64,000 nucleotides of DNA from an uncultured Actinomycetota bacterium (GTDB lineage: Bacteria; Actinomycetota; Thermoleophilia; RBG-16-64-13), in the NCBI GenBank assembly GCA_963843515.1, contig CAWJKH010000007.1, positions 324,017 to 388,016 on the forward strand, read 5' to 3'. Under the pieces are notes generated by a model. The model searched no databases. It saw nothing but the letters and a program-made list of their open reading frames with translations, and was not told the DNA's origin. Below are positions 1 through 9,383 of the stretch, in pieces; position 1 is the first letter of the stretch; every line of letters begins with the position of its first letter. Both the position numbers and the translations under genes were made by a program.

Positions 1-1265
1 TCAAGCTCGACTACGGTGCCAGCGGTCTGATCGTCGACCTTCCTGACGACTGCACCGTCGTGCTGCCCGACGAAGCCCCCCCGCTCGTCGACCCCGACGG
101 AGCCTTGCTCGAGGCGTTGCGGCAGCCGGTGGCGGGGGCCGCGCTCGCGCGGCTGGCGCGGCCCGGGCAGCGGGTGGTCATCGCAGTACCCGACGGCACT
201 CGGCCCCATCCGCAGCGGGCCGTCCTCGAAGCCATGCTGACCGAGCTGGGCCGAGCCGGGGCAGACGGCGACGTGACCGTCCTCATCGCCGGGGGCACGC
301 ACTACGCGGACCCCCCGGAGGTCGTCGAGACCATACTGGGCCCGGAGGTGCGGCGCCGCTGCAAAGTGGCCATCCACGACTGCCGGGACAGCTCGCAACT
401 GGTTCCTCTCGGCCCCGCCGCGCCGCCTGCCTCCGACGTCCCGGTGGCCCTCGACCGGCGCTGGGTCGAGGCGGACTTCCGCATCTCCAGCGGGCTGGTG
501 GAACCCCACCTGTTCGCGGGCTTCAGCGGCGGCCCGAAGCTGGTGTCGATCGGTAGCGCCGGGCTCGAGACCGTCATGAGCCTGCACAAAGGCAGCCGAG
601 TGGGAGAGGAGAAGGCGACCTGGGGCATCGTCCAGGGAAATCCCGTCCACGACGCCATTCGGGCGGTCGCGGCGCTGGCTCCCCCCCACTTTTCGCTGGA
701 ACTCGTGATGGACTCCGCCAAACGCATCACCCATGCGTTCGCCGGTCCCACGGCCGCGGCCCATCAGGCCGCCGCCCGGATAGCCCGAAAGACCACCATG
801 CGCCGGGTGGAGCGCCGCTTCCCGTTGGTGATCTCCACGAGCGGGGGCTACCCTCTCGATCAGAACTTCTACCAGGCCATCAAGGGCGTGGCGGCGGCGG
901 CGGAGATCGTCACCGACGGGGGCACCATCGTGCTCGCGGCCGAATGCCGGTACGGGCTGCCGAACTCGTGTGTATACGAGGACATGCTGCAACCTGGCGA
1001 GGACATCCGCCTGGCCAATGCCAGGATCCTCGAGTGCGAGAAGGTGTTGCCCGACCAGTGGCAGATCCAGGTGCAGGCCCGCATCCAGGCGCGTGCCCGG
1101 GTACTGGTCTACTCGGCCGGTCTGAGTCCCGCCGACCTGGCGCTGGCCCGTCTGGAGCCTGTCGATGACATCAGCATTCTGGTCAGGCGTGCGCGAGAAG
1201 AAGACCCGGGTCTGCCCATAGCGGTGCTGCCGCACGGCCCCTACTGCGTGCCGTTCCTCGCCTAG
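1..1265 (+). CDS. larA: LarA-like (DUF2088) nickel-dependent racemase/epimerase family protein, 5' end off-window
   Basis: The frame is open from base 3 (KLDYGASGLIVDLPDDCTVVLPD precedes the first Met of ORF 60..1265). Family motifs PDGTRP, GGTH, VEPHLFAGFSGGPK and QGNPVH are present. Confidence 0.8.
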   Translation, partial: KLDYGASGLIVDLPDDCTVVLPDEAPPLVDPDGALLEALRQPVAGAALARLARPGQRVVIAVPDGTRPHPQRAVLEAMLTELGRAGADGDVTVLIAGGTHYADPPEVVETILGPEVRRRCKVAIHDCRDSSQLVPLGPAAPPASDVPVALDRRWVEADFRISSGLVEPHLFAGFSGGPKLVSIGSAGLETVMSLHKGSRVGEEKATWGIVQGNPVHDAIRAVAALAPPHFSLELVMDSAKRITHAFAGPTAAAHQAAARIARKTTMRRVERRFPLVISTSGGYPLDQNFYQAIKGVAAAAEIVTDGGTIVLAAECRYGLPNSCVYEDMLQPGEDIRLANARILECEKVLPDQWQIQVQARIQARARVLVYSAGLSPADLALARLEPVDDISILVRRAREEDPGLPIAVLPHGPYCVPFLA

Positions 1266-1293
1266 ACGCGACCCACTCAGCGCCCGGGGGCAG

Positions 1294-3954
1294 CTACTCC
1301 TCGCCTTCCTCCCAGGTGATCAGGGGCAGTTCGTGTGGCACCAGCACGTCGTCGTGGCGCGGCAGCACGCGGACCGCGTAGCCGTGCAGCCCTGAGGTCT
1401 GGGCGGGCACCGTCCCCCTGTAGAGGTAGTGCCCATCCTGATGTTCGGCCAGGTCGAGGGCCACGCCCCGGCCCGTCCGCAGGCTGCCGTCCGGACGCAG
1501 GCTGCCGTAGTAGGCCTCCACGGTCACATCCTCGGGCCGTAGTCCAGCCAGATCGACGCGCGCTGCGACGGCGATCTCCTCCCCCACCGGCACCTCGAAG
1601 CTGTCGGTGGCGCCCGGCGCCTGTTCGGTATCCGGCGTGGCGACGATCTTCACCCCAGGCCAGGCCTCGCGCACCCGGGCCTTCCAGGCGGCCAATTCCT
1701 TCGCCTCGGCGAATCCGTTCGCCGCGAGCCGCCGGTAGTGGTCTGCCGCGGGCAGATAGAAGCACTCGGCGTACTGCTTGACCATTCGGTCGCCGGAAAA
1801 CGAGGGGGCGAGCACCTTGATGGACTCCTTCATCATGGCGATCCAGCCTCGCGGCAGTCCATCGGCATCGCGAGAGTAGAAGAGGGGGACCACCTCGTTC
1901 TCGAGCAGGGAATAAAGGTGTTCCGAATCGAGCTGGTCCTGATGGGCGGGATGGTCCGCCTCCTGGCCGGAGCCGATAGCCCAGCCCACTCCGGGGCGGT
2001 ATCCCTCGACCCACCAGCCGTCGAGGACGGAGAGGTTGAGGCCCCCGTTCGGCACGACCTTCATGCCGCTGGTGCCGGACGCCTCGTAGGGGCGGCGGGG
2101 GGTGTTGAGCCAAACGTCCACCCCCTGCACCAGCATGGCGGCCTTGCTCAAGTCGTAGTCTTCGATGAACACCACGCTGTCGCGCAGACCTTCCCGCTTG
2201 ACCACGTCGAGCATCTCGCGGATGAACTCCTTGCCTGCCCCATCGCGGGGATGGGCTTTGCCGGACAGCAGCAACTGCACCGGCCGGGCCTCGTTCTGCA
2301 GGATGGCCTTCAGCCGGCAGACATCGCGGAACAACAGCGTCGCCCTCTTGTAAGTAGCGAAACGGCGGGCGAAGCCTATGGTGAGAGCGTCGGACCGCAG
2401 AGGCAGCCTCGACTCGGGACCCATGAACCCCCCGCCCGGGCGCCCCTCCGGAGAGCGGGCCTCCGCCTCTTCGCGGGCGTAGGCCACAAGGCGCTCGCGC
2501 AGGCGGCTGTGAGCCCGCCACAACTCCAGGTCGGGGATGTGGTCCACCCGTTGCCATGCCGACCGGTCGGACGCGTCTTCGCACCAGCCAGAACCTAGAT
2601 AGCGGTCGAATAGCTGGGCGATCTCGGCTGCCACCCAGGTCCGGGTGTGCACACCGTTGGTGACCGATCCCACCGGCATCTCGCTGGGCGGGAATTCCGG
2701 CCAGCCGGGCTGCATCATTCGGGCGGTCACCCGGCGATGGAGCCGGCTCACCGCGTTGCGGCGCGGGGACTGCCGGAGGGCGAGGACGGCCACATTGAAG
2801 TCCTCGTGATGGTCATCACGGTGCACCCGTCCCATGCGCATGAACTGCTCCACAGTAAGACCGAGCTCCTTGAGCGTCGGCCCCAGATCGTGGCTGATCA
2901 GCGACTCCGGGAACAGGTCGAACCCGGCCGAGACCGGCGTGTGGGTGGTGAAGAGGGTCCCCGCGCTCGTCGCCTGCCGGGCCTCCATGAAGCCGAGCTT
3001 CTCGGTCTCCATGAGGTGGCGCATCCGCTCCAGGCTGGTGAAGACCGCATGCCCCTCGTTGAGGTGGCAGACCTGGGGCCAAGCCTCGACGGCCCGCAGC
3101 GCCCTCATCCCGCCAATGCCGAGCACCAACTCCTGGGCAAGCCGATCCTCAGGCCCGCCGCCGTAGAGCTCGTTGGTGATGCGCTGCGCCGTCGGGTCGT
3201 TCTCGGGCACGGCCGTGTCGAGCAGATAGAGCGGGATGCGTCCCACCTGCGCCCTCCAGACCTGGGCCCATACCGTTCGCCCGGCGATGTCCAGCGAGAT
3301 CTTGAGAGGCTTGGCGTGGCCAGCTCCCGCATCGTGCCGCTCCGCTTGGCCCGGCTCGGACGCCCAGGTCCGGGCATGCAGCCACGTCTCCCCGGTCATG
3401 ACCGGCCTGATCGGAAGAGTGCCGAGATCCTGCACCCGGTACTTCTCGCGCTGCCAGCCGTTGTCGTCCAACTGCTGGACGAAGTAGCCCCGGTTGTAGA
3501 GGAGGCCCACTGCCACCAAGGGGATATCGAGCCCGCTGGCAGATTTGAGGTGGTCCCCGGCAAGTACCCCGAGACCTCCCGAGTAGATGGGGAGACACGA
3601 CGCAAGCCCGAACTCCATGCAGAAGTAGGCAACGCAGGTGTCGGCGTGCTCGGGATGATGGGTCCGGAACCAGCCCGGCTCTCTCAGGTAGCAGTGGAGG
3701 TCGTCGAGATCGCCGTCGAGATGGGCCAGGAAGGTGGGGTCGAGAGCCGCGCGCTCGAGCTTGTCCCGGGACACCCGGCGCAGCAACAGCACGGGGTTCC
3801 CCCCACACTTCTCGAGCATCTCGGCATCGAGGTGCTGGAACAGTCGGTAGGTCCTGTCGTCCCAGCTCCAGCGAAGGTTGTAGGCGAGTTCCTCCAGCCC
3901 GCCGATCCTGGCCGGGATATGAGGATAGACACCGAACTGATGGATCTTTCGCAT
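1294..3954 (-). CDS. glgP: alpha-glucan (glycogen/maltodextrin) phosphorylase, GT35 family
   Basis: 903-aa ORF. The conserved N-terminus MRKIHQFGVYPHIPARIGGLEELAYNLRWSWD begins at the Met at 3954. Long GT35-type body, e.g. GGLGVLAGDHLKSASGL and GTSGMKVVPNGGLNLSVLDGWW. Confidence 0.9.
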   Translation of the reverse strand: MRKIHQFGVYPHIPARIGGLEELAYNLRWSWDDRTYRLFQHLDAEMLEKCGGNPVLLLRRVSRDKLERAALDPTFLAHLDGDLDDLHCYLREPGWFRTHHPEHADTCVAYFCMEFGLASCLPIYSGGLGVLAGDHLKSASGLDIPLVAVGLLYNRGYFVQQLDDNGWQREKYRVQDLGTLPIRPVMTGETWLHARTWASEPGQAERHDAGAGHAKPLKISLDIAGRTVWAQVWRAQVGRIPLYLLDTAVPENDPTAQRITNELYGGGPEDRLAQELVLGIGGMRALRAVEAWPQVCHLNEGHAVFTSLERMRHLMETEKLGFMEARQATSAGTLFTTHTPVSAGFDLFPESLISHDLGPTLKELGLTVEQFMRMGRVHRDDHHEDFNVAVLALRQSPRRNAVSRLHRRVTARMMQPGWPEFPPSEMPVGSVTNGVHTRTWVAAEIAQLFDRYLGSGWCEDASDRSAWQRVDHIPDLELWRAHSRLRERLVAYAREEAEARSPEGRPGGGFMGPESRLPLRSDALTIGFARRFATYKRATLLFRDVCRLKAILQNEARPVQLLLSGKAHPRDGAGKEFIREMLDVVKREGLRDSVVFIEDYDLSKAAMLVQGVDVWLNTPRRPYEASGTSGMKVVPNGGLNLSVLDGWWVEGYRPGVGWAIGSGQEADHPAHQDQLDSEHLYSLLENEVVPLFYSRDADGLPRGWIAMMKESIKVLAPSFSGDRMVKQYAECFYLPAADHYRRLAANGFAEAKELAAWKARVREAWPGVKIVATPDTEQAPGATDSFEVPVGEEIAVAARVDLAGLRPEDVTVEAYYGSLRPDGSLRTGRGVALDLAEHQDGHYLYRGTVPAQTSGLHGYAVRVLPRHDDVLVPHELPLITWEEGEE

Positions 3955-4193
3955 CGCGACATTATCCCACATGGTTCGCATACCGGCCGCCGTCCACCAT
4001 GTCACACGCCAAGCCCATTACGACGTTTTGCAGGTATTTCCTTCTTTCGGCCCGGGGTCTCGGCCGGCTGCTGCGCCGTTCCCTAGCATTATTCGCTGCT
4101 CATCCTTACTCTATGAAGGCAATGGGGCGGTGGCCCGCGCAGGGCGAGGCACGATGTTAACCGCCGACCCGACCGACCGTAGATGGGGGCACG

Positions 4194-5543
4194 ATGGAAC
4201 AGGCACCTCTCAGCGGCGTGAACGGCTCCGTGACCGGCTCCTCGGGCGCTCAGCCGCCGCCCGGTGCCAATGGCGCCTCCGGCCCATCAGAAACGCTCCC
4301 ACCCGCTCCGAGTCCGGCGCGCCCGGCGGGAGCCGCCGGCGCCGCGCAGGCTCTAGCCGAGCAACTGCAGCCCTGGCATGCGGCAGTGGCCGATCCGGTC
4401 CGGGCTCAAGAGACTGTCCTTCGCCGGATCCTCGCCGCCTTCGCCGCCACCACCTATGGCGCCGACCACGGGGCCGCGAAGGTGGCCCAGACCGGAACAC
4501 AAGCACTCGCCGACGCCGGCGGACCAGCGGCCGGTGCGCCGGCAGCGGCCGCCCTTGCCGCGCTCGCCGACGCCTACCGTCGGGCCTTTCCGATCATGAC
4601 CTACGACGACTACAAGCCGCTCATCGAAGCGGTCATGTCCGGAGAGACCGGGCTGCTCCTCAACGAAGAGCCGGTGGGATGGGCCATCACCCGAGGGACA
4701 GTGGAGGGTGAGTCTAAGTTCATCCCCATGACCCCCACCGACCTGCAGATGCGCATCAGCGCCGGGCGGGCCATGATGTCCTACGTCGCCGCCACCCAGC
4801 GCCTGGACCTCTTTGCCGGGGTGAACCTCAACCTCAACTTCCCCTCTACAGTCGGCACTGTTCGAGTGGGCGACCGCGACCTCGAATACGGCTACAGCTC
4901 CGGCATCTACACCAAGCACGTGTCCAAGTTCACGCCCATTCGTTCGGTCCCCGCCCAGGAGGAGATCGACGCGCTAGGCGGGGGGACATCCCGCCAGGAT
5001 TGGGACAACCGCTTCGAGTTGGCGATCGAGAAGTGCCGCGGCGAGAACGTCACGCTGGTGGGAGGGGTGTGCCAGACAGCCCTCGAGTTCGGCCGCTATT
5101 TGCGGAAACGGCACGGCGTCTATCCCAAGCAGTGGTGGAAGACCCAGATCATGACCCTGGGCAGCACCCCCGGCATCAACACCAGGCACGCCGCCACGCT
5201 CACCGCGATGTACGGGCCGGTCGCCATCCGGGAGATCTACGGCGCCACCGAGGGCATGTTCGGCCAGCAGCGCGACGACCGCAAGGCCTGGGTGCCAAAC
5301 TACGACCTCTTCTTCTTCGAAGTGCAGACGCGTTCGGGCATCAAGATGCTCCATGAGATGAAGCCGGGCGAGGTGGGCAGCCTGGTGGTGACCACTCCTA
5401 TCCTGGCGCGCTATCGCATCGGCGACACCATCCTGGCCGTCCGCCCCCCGTACTTCCGCTGCATCGGGAGGGAGAGCAACTGGTGGACCAGCCTGGACTA
5501 CTATTGGCGGGAGTTCACCAGTTTGAATATGGGTCGGCTGTGA
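4194..5543 (+). CDS. GH3 (auxin-responsive promoter / acyl-acid amido synthetase) family protein
   Basis: 449-aa ORF with GH3-like FPIMTYDDYKPLIE, FIPMTPTD, YGATEG and RYRIGD segments. Low-complexity Ala/Pro N-terminus, so the start is uncertain. Ends about 30 nt before the convergent AKR gene. Confidence 0.7.
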   Translation: MEQAPLSGVNGSVTGSSGAQPPPGANGASGPSETLPPAPSPARPAGAAGAAQALAEQLQPWHAAVADPVRAQETVLRRILAAFAATTYGADHGAAKVAQTGTQALADAGGPAAGAPAAAALAALADAYRRAFPIMTYDDYKPLIEAVMSGETGLLLNEEPVGWAITRGTVEGESKFIPMTPTDLQMRISAGRAMMSYVAATQRLDLFAGVNLNLNFPSTVGTVRVGDRDLEYGYSSGIYTKHVSKFTPIRSVPAQEEIDALGGGTSRQDWDNRFELAIEKCRGENVTLVGGVCQTALEFGRYLRKRHGVYPKQWWKTQIMTLGSTPGINTRHAATLTAMYGPVAIREIYGATEGMFGQQRDDRKAWVPNYDLFFFEVQTRSGIKMLHEMKPGEVGSLVVTTPILARYRIGDTILAVRPPYFRCIGRESNWWTSLDYYWREFTSLNMGRL

Positions 5544-5571
5544 GCGCCACATGAGGATCCGCTAGCGGCCC

Positions 5572-6501
5572 TCAGACCGGCTGCGGGAGCTCCTCCAGAT
5601 CGGCCGCGGTCAGCCGCCAAACTTGGCCGGCCCGCGCGTTCTCCCCCACCTGCTCGGGCGTCATAGCCCCGGCTATCACCGACGCCACGCCCTCCTGGGC
5701 GAGGAGCCAACCGAACGCGAGCTCGAGGAGCGTGTGGTCGTGCTGTTCGGCAAACTGCGCCAGGCGCTCGATGTACGCGAAGGTCTGCTCCGAAGCCAAC
5801 TCGCCGAAGCGCGGAGAGGTCACCAGCCGGGACCCCTCCGGATAGGCCCCGACCTGGTACTTGCCGGTAAGCAGGCCGGATTCCAGCGGGAAATAGGGCA
5901 CGATGCCCATGCCGTGGCGCCGGACCGCCGGGATGTGCTCCGCTTCCTCGCTCCTGAACAGCAGGTTCCAGTGGATCTGCGAGGCTACGAAGGCGGGCAG
6001 GCTGCGGGAGGTCGAGATCCGGGCGGCCTCGTCGATCTGGGCGGCGCTGAAGTTCGAGCAGGCCACCTTCACCACTTTGCCCGCGGCCACCAGTTTCCCG
6101 AGGGCTTCGAGGGCCTCCTCTTCCGGGGCCCGGGGATCGGGGCGGTGCTGATAGTAGAGGTCGATTCGGTCGGTGCCGAGCCGCCTGAGGCTGAGCTCGC
6201 ACCCCTCGAAAATGCGCCGGCTGAGCGCCCCTGGCTCGTAGACCTCGCCCGCCGGCCGCGGGGCGAACTTCGTGGACACGATCACCCGGTCCCTATTCGA
6301 TCCCAGACCTTTGCCGAGGAAGACTTCGGACTGACCGCCGCCGTAGCTCTCCGCCGTGTCGAAGTGGGTGATGCCCGCGTCGACCGCGGCCCGGACCACG
6401 CGCCGGGCCTGGGCCTCATCCATACGCGAGCCGAAGTTGTTGCAGCCCAAACCCACCAGTGACAGTTCGGGCCCGGTCGCGCCCAGGCGCCTGGTCTGCA
6501 T
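5572..6501 (-). CDS. aldo/keto reductase
   Basis: MQTRRLGATGPELSLVGLGCNNFG...THFDTAESYGGGQSE is a typical AKR N-terminus. The Met at 6501 avoids overlap with the upstream gene. Confidence 0.85.
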   Translation of the reverse strand: MQTRRLGATGPELSLVGLGCNNFGSRMDEAQARRVVRAAVDAGITHFDTAESYGGGQSEVFLGKGLGSNRDRVIVSTKFAPRPAGEVYEPGALSRRIFEGCELSLRRLGTDRIDLYYQHRPDPRAPEEEALEALGKLVAAGKVVKVACSNFSAAQIDEAARISTSRSLPAFVASQIHWNLLFRSEEAEHIPAVRRHGMGIVPYFPLESGLLTGKYQVGAYPEGSRLVTSPRFGELASEQTFAYIERLAQFAEQHDHTLLELAFGWLLAQEGVASVIAGAMTPEQVGENARAGQVWRLTAADLEELPQPV

Positions 6502-6512
6502 CAGGGCTGCCA

Positions 6513-7076
6513 TCAGCGCCGGGGCGCCAGCCGCCCCAGAAGGATGGCCACACCGACGGCGATGATAACTATGGGCCCGATGATCTCCCAATTCCCGTAC
6601 CAGAGTCCGAACCCGATTCCCAGCCAAATGGCTCCCCATACGACGGAGCCCACGATCGGGCGCCTCCACCGCGGGACTGCCAGACGCAGGAGCGCCACCG
6701 CGAGGATCAAGGCCCCGCCGCCCCAGAAGAAGATGGCCCAGCCGTGGTCGCTGGTCGAGATGACTCCGGCGTTCTGCAGGAGGAGGGTGATCCCTAGCCA
6801 GATGACCAGAATGGCGAACGTCACGAAGCCCAGGGGGTTGCGGCGGTACTTCTCGTCGAGCCCCTGCCCTTTCTCCTGCTGCTTCTCCTGCTCCTTCTCC
6901 CCCTGCTTCTCGTCCTGCTTTTCATGCCGGTGGTGCGGGGGCGGATACTGCGGCGGCTGCTGCGGGGGATACTGGGGCGGATATTGGAGCGGCTGCTCCG
7001 GCTGCTGGCCGCCGTAGGGCGGCGGGTTCTGTGCCTGTGGGCCCTGCTCGGGATCCATATCGCCCTCCCCCATCAA
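6513..7076 (-). CDS. membrane protein with Pro/Gln-rich and Glu/Lys/Gln-rich N-terminal tail (unknown function)
   Basis: 187-aa ORF. The N-terminus has PPQYPPQQPPQYPP and KQDEKQGEKEQEKQQEK repeats, followed by about 4 hydrophobic helices. Confidence 0.6.
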   Translation of the reverse strand: MMGEGDMDPEQGPQAQNPPPYGGQQPEQPLQYPPQYPPQQPPQYPPPHHRHEKQDEKQGEKEQEKQQEKGQGLDEKYRRNPLGFVTFAILVIWLGITLLLQNAGVISTSDHGWAIFFWGGGALILAVALLRLAVPRWRRPIVGSVVWGAIWLGIGFGLWYGNWEIIGPIVIIAVGVAILLGRLAPRR

Positions 7077-7125
7077 AGAACCACATCCACTATACGATTG
7101 TACTCGTTTCGCCGGGGCGAAGGCG

Positions 7126-7818
7126 TCAGCGGATGCCGAGGTACTTGTGGGTCTGGAGAGACAGCCTCCACTCAGGATGATCCATCACCAGTCTGTAAGC
7201 CCGTCGCGCAGCGGGCCCGCTGTCTCCGACCCATACCGGCTGGATCGAGATGATGGCTTCGGCGTGCGCGGCGGCCAGCCGCTCCGCGGTAGCCGCGTCC
7301 AGCCATTCGTCGGTCACCAGCTTCAGCTCGTCGACGATACCCCCCCATCCCGGGGCGATGAAGTAGTCCGGAGGCTTGGGACTGACGACCGCCCAGTCGA
7401 ACAGAGGCTCGGCGGCTGAGCCGCCCGGCACGCGCCCCTCCCCTCGCACCGCCGGTTGCCCATCGCGCTGCCCCTGCCCGGCCGCCGCGCGAGGCGGGTC
7501 GAGGGTTCCGTTGGTCTCCAGGTGCACTCTGATCCCTCGGGCATGGGCCGCGGCGACCAGCGCGACGACGCCCTCCGCCTGCAGCAGCGGTTCGCCCCCG
7601 GTAAGGCATAGGCGCGGCAGCCCCACCCGGTCGGCTATCTCCTCCGGAAACAGCTCCGTCCCGGATCCAGCTTCCCAACTTCCGGAAGTGTCGCACCACC
7701 GGACGCAACCCAGCCCCAGTGCCGGCGCATTGCAGCCGGCCAGGCGGACGAAGGTCATGGGAACGCCGGCCCAGTAACCCTCGCCCTGAAGGGAATCGAA
7801 GATCTCGAGAACTCTCAG
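7126..7818 (-). CDS. queE: 7-carboxy-7-deazaguanine synthase (radical SAM)
   Basis: FVRLAGCN...CDT cluster and LTGGEPLL. The conserved EIFDSLQGEGYWAGVP motif lies in-frame upstream of the first ATG (7758). The real start is therefore a non-ATG codon near 7809-7818 (CTG at 7818 overlaps the queD stop). Confidence 0.75.
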   Translation of the reverse strand: MRVLEIFDSLQGEGYWAGVPMTFVRLAGCNAPALGLGCVRWCDTSGSWEAGSGTELFPEEIADRVGLPRLCLTGGEPLLQAEGVVALVAAAHARGIRVHLETNGTLDPPRAAAGQGQRDGQPAVRGEGRVPGGSAAEPLFDWAVVSPKPPDYFIAPGWGGIVDELKLVTDEWLDAATAERLAAAHAEAIISIQPVWVGDSGPAARRAYRLVMDHPEWRLSLQTHKYLGIR

Positions 7819-8177
7819 GCAGTCACCTCGACGTACGAATTCGGCCCCTCCGCCAGACGCACCCGCACCACCGGCAGCCCGGCGTCTTCCAGTTGCTGGA
7901 AGATCCAGCCGGCCACAGCCTCCGACGTGGGCACGAAGTCGAACTGGTCGTTGAGCAACTGATGGTCGAGCCGTGCAACAACCAGTTCATCCACCCGCGC
8001 ACGCAGGTCGGCGAAGTCCATCACCATGCCGGCGGCGGGGCCGGAGATCTGGGGAGTCCCCGCGACCGTGACTTCCAACCCGTAGGTGTGCCCGTGCAGC
8101 CGGAAGCACTTGCCTTCGTGGTTGGGTAGTCGGTGGGCGGCGGCGAACGTGGCCGCGACGGTTATGGTGGTCGTCAT
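7815..8177 (-). CDS. queD: 6-carboxy-5,6,7,8-tetrahydropterin synthase
   Basis: 120 aa from the Met at 8177. AAHRLPNHEGKCFRLHGHTY motif. Confidence 0.9.
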   Translation of the reverse strand: MTTTITVAATFAAAHRLPNHEGKCFRLHGHTYGLEVTVAGTPQISGPAAGMVMDFADLRARVDELVVARLDHQLLNDQFDFVPTSEAVAGWIFQQLEDAGLPVVRVRLAEGPNSYVEVTA

Positions 8178-8191
8178 CGGCGCACCACGCC

Positions 8192-8854
8192 TCAGGGCCT
8201 TGGCCGGTACGGGATCGGGTCGGCGGCACCGGCGGCTGTGAAGGCACCCAAGCGGGCCTGGCAGGTATCGCACACGCCGCAGGCCGGGCTGAGACCCTGG
8301 TAGCAGGAGTGGGTCAACCCGTAGGGCACGCCGTGGGAGAGGCCCCAGAGGACGATCTCCGCCTTGGTCCACTGCACGAACGGCGCCCGGACCCGGAGCT
8401 GATACTGCGTTCCCAACCGCACCGCCTGGTCGGCGGCGTCCACGAACTCAGGACGGCAATCGGGATAGCCGGTGTGATCGTCGTGGTGCACGCCCAGCCA
8501 TAGCACCGCCGGGCCGTCGGCGTCCTGCAGGCTGGCCATCTCCGCTAGGAACACGAGGTTGCGCGCAGGTACGTACGAGGGCGCCACGCCCGTGGCCGCG
8601 GTCAGGTCCCGTCCCTCCGGCAGGGTCTCGTCGGCGTCGGTGAGCGCCGACCCGCGGATGGGCGGCAGTTGCACCAGGAAATGCTCCATCCCGTAGAAGA
8701 TCGCCACGTTGCGAGCCGCTTCTAGCTCGACCGCATGCTTCTGTCCATAGAGGAAGGTGTAGGCCTTGACGGTCTGCCCCGGGTGCTGCTCTTTGACCCA
8801 AGCCGCCAGGGTGGTGGAGTCGAGCCCGCCGCTCAGCAGCAGGCAGTGGGTCAT
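8192..8854 (-). CDS. queC: 7-cyano-7-deazaguanine synthase
   Basis: LLSGGLDSTT PP-loop and a C-terminal Cys cluster (CYQGLSPACGVCDTC). The Met at 8854 fits just after the queF stop. Confidence 0.9.
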   Translation of the reverse strand: MTHCLLLSGGLDSTTLAAWVKEQHPGQTVKAYTFLYGQKHAVELEAARNVAIFYGMEHFLVQLPPIRGSALTDADETLPEGRDLTAATGVAPSYVPARNLVFLAEMASLQDADGPAVLWLGVHHDDHTGYPDCRPEFVDAADQAVRLGTQYQLRVRAPFVQWTKAEIVLWGLSHGVPYGLTHSCYQGLSPACGVCDTCQARLGAFTAAGAADPIPYRPRP

Positions 8855-8862
8855 GCCGCCGT

Positions 8863-9267
8863 TCACGCCCGTTCCCGGCAGCCGTGCTCCACCGTCACCA
8901 CCGTCTTGATGTTGCCTCGCACGGTGAAATCGGCCGTCACCCGCATCCACCGGGGCTGGAGCAGCGTCACGAGATCGTCCAGGATCTGGTTGGCCGCAGC
9001 CTCATGCGATATCGGGCGGTCCCGGTAGCCGTTGATATAGAGTTTGAGCGAACGGAGCTCCACGATCCAATCCCGGGGCTGGTAGCGTACTTTGATGAGG
9101 GCGAAATCGGGAAAGCCGGAGCGCGGACAGAGGCAGGTGAACTCCGGGATGTCGAGCGACACCAGGTAAGGCCGTTCCGGGTGGGGGTTCGGCCAGGGCT
9201 CGAGCTTGTTCTCCCGAATCGCGGCTGCGCCGTACGGCTCACCGGCCTGATGTGTGGACTCGTTCAT
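8863..9267 (-). CDS. queF: NADPH-dependent 7-cyano-7-deazaguanine reductase
   Basis: 134 aa. EFTCLCPRSGFPDF and SLKLY motifs of unimodular QueF. Confidence 0.9.
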   Translation of the reverse strand: MNESTHQAGEPYGAAAIRENKLEPWPNPHPERPYLVSLDIPEFTCLCPRSGFPDFALIKVRYQPRDWIVELRSLKLYINGYRDRPISHEAAANQILDDLVTLLQPRWMRVTADFTVRGNIKTVVTVEHGCRERA

Positions 9268-9274
9268 ATGGGGA

Positions 9275-9280
9275 AGTATA
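9275..9280 (-). promoter_or_regulatory. candidate -10 hexamer (TATACT) for a leaderless queF transcript
   Basis: On the minus strand TATACT sits 7 nt upstream of the queF ATG. No Shine-Dalgarno sequence lies between them. No convincing -35 was found. Confidence 0.3.
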
Positions 9281-9383
9281 CCGTGCTGCTATAGTGACGG
9301 CGCCCAGGAAGCGCCCCGGAAGCGCCCGGACCCGAGGCCGGGAGGGACCATCGAATGACGCTACAGGCCCGCATGACGGCCCC

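Noticed and set aside
1277-2584. Long antisense or alternative-frame ORFs (for example 1277..2584, 2647..4086, 13546..14919 upstream part, 19660..20688, 22327..23274, 23156..24901, 25974..27017, 29975..32239, 33350..34852, 38150..39370, 59739..60878)
   Set aside because: They overlap well-supported genes on the opposite strand or in another frame. Their Arg/Pro/Gly/Ala-rich low-complexity translations are typical of stop-codon-poor GC-rich DNA, and they carry no recognisable motifs.
9268-9383. preQ1 riboswitch upstream of queF
   Set aside because: I could find no small hairpin followed by an A-rich tail, nor a preQ1-I/II consensus. The region is GC-rich apart from a -10-like TATACT next to the ATG.
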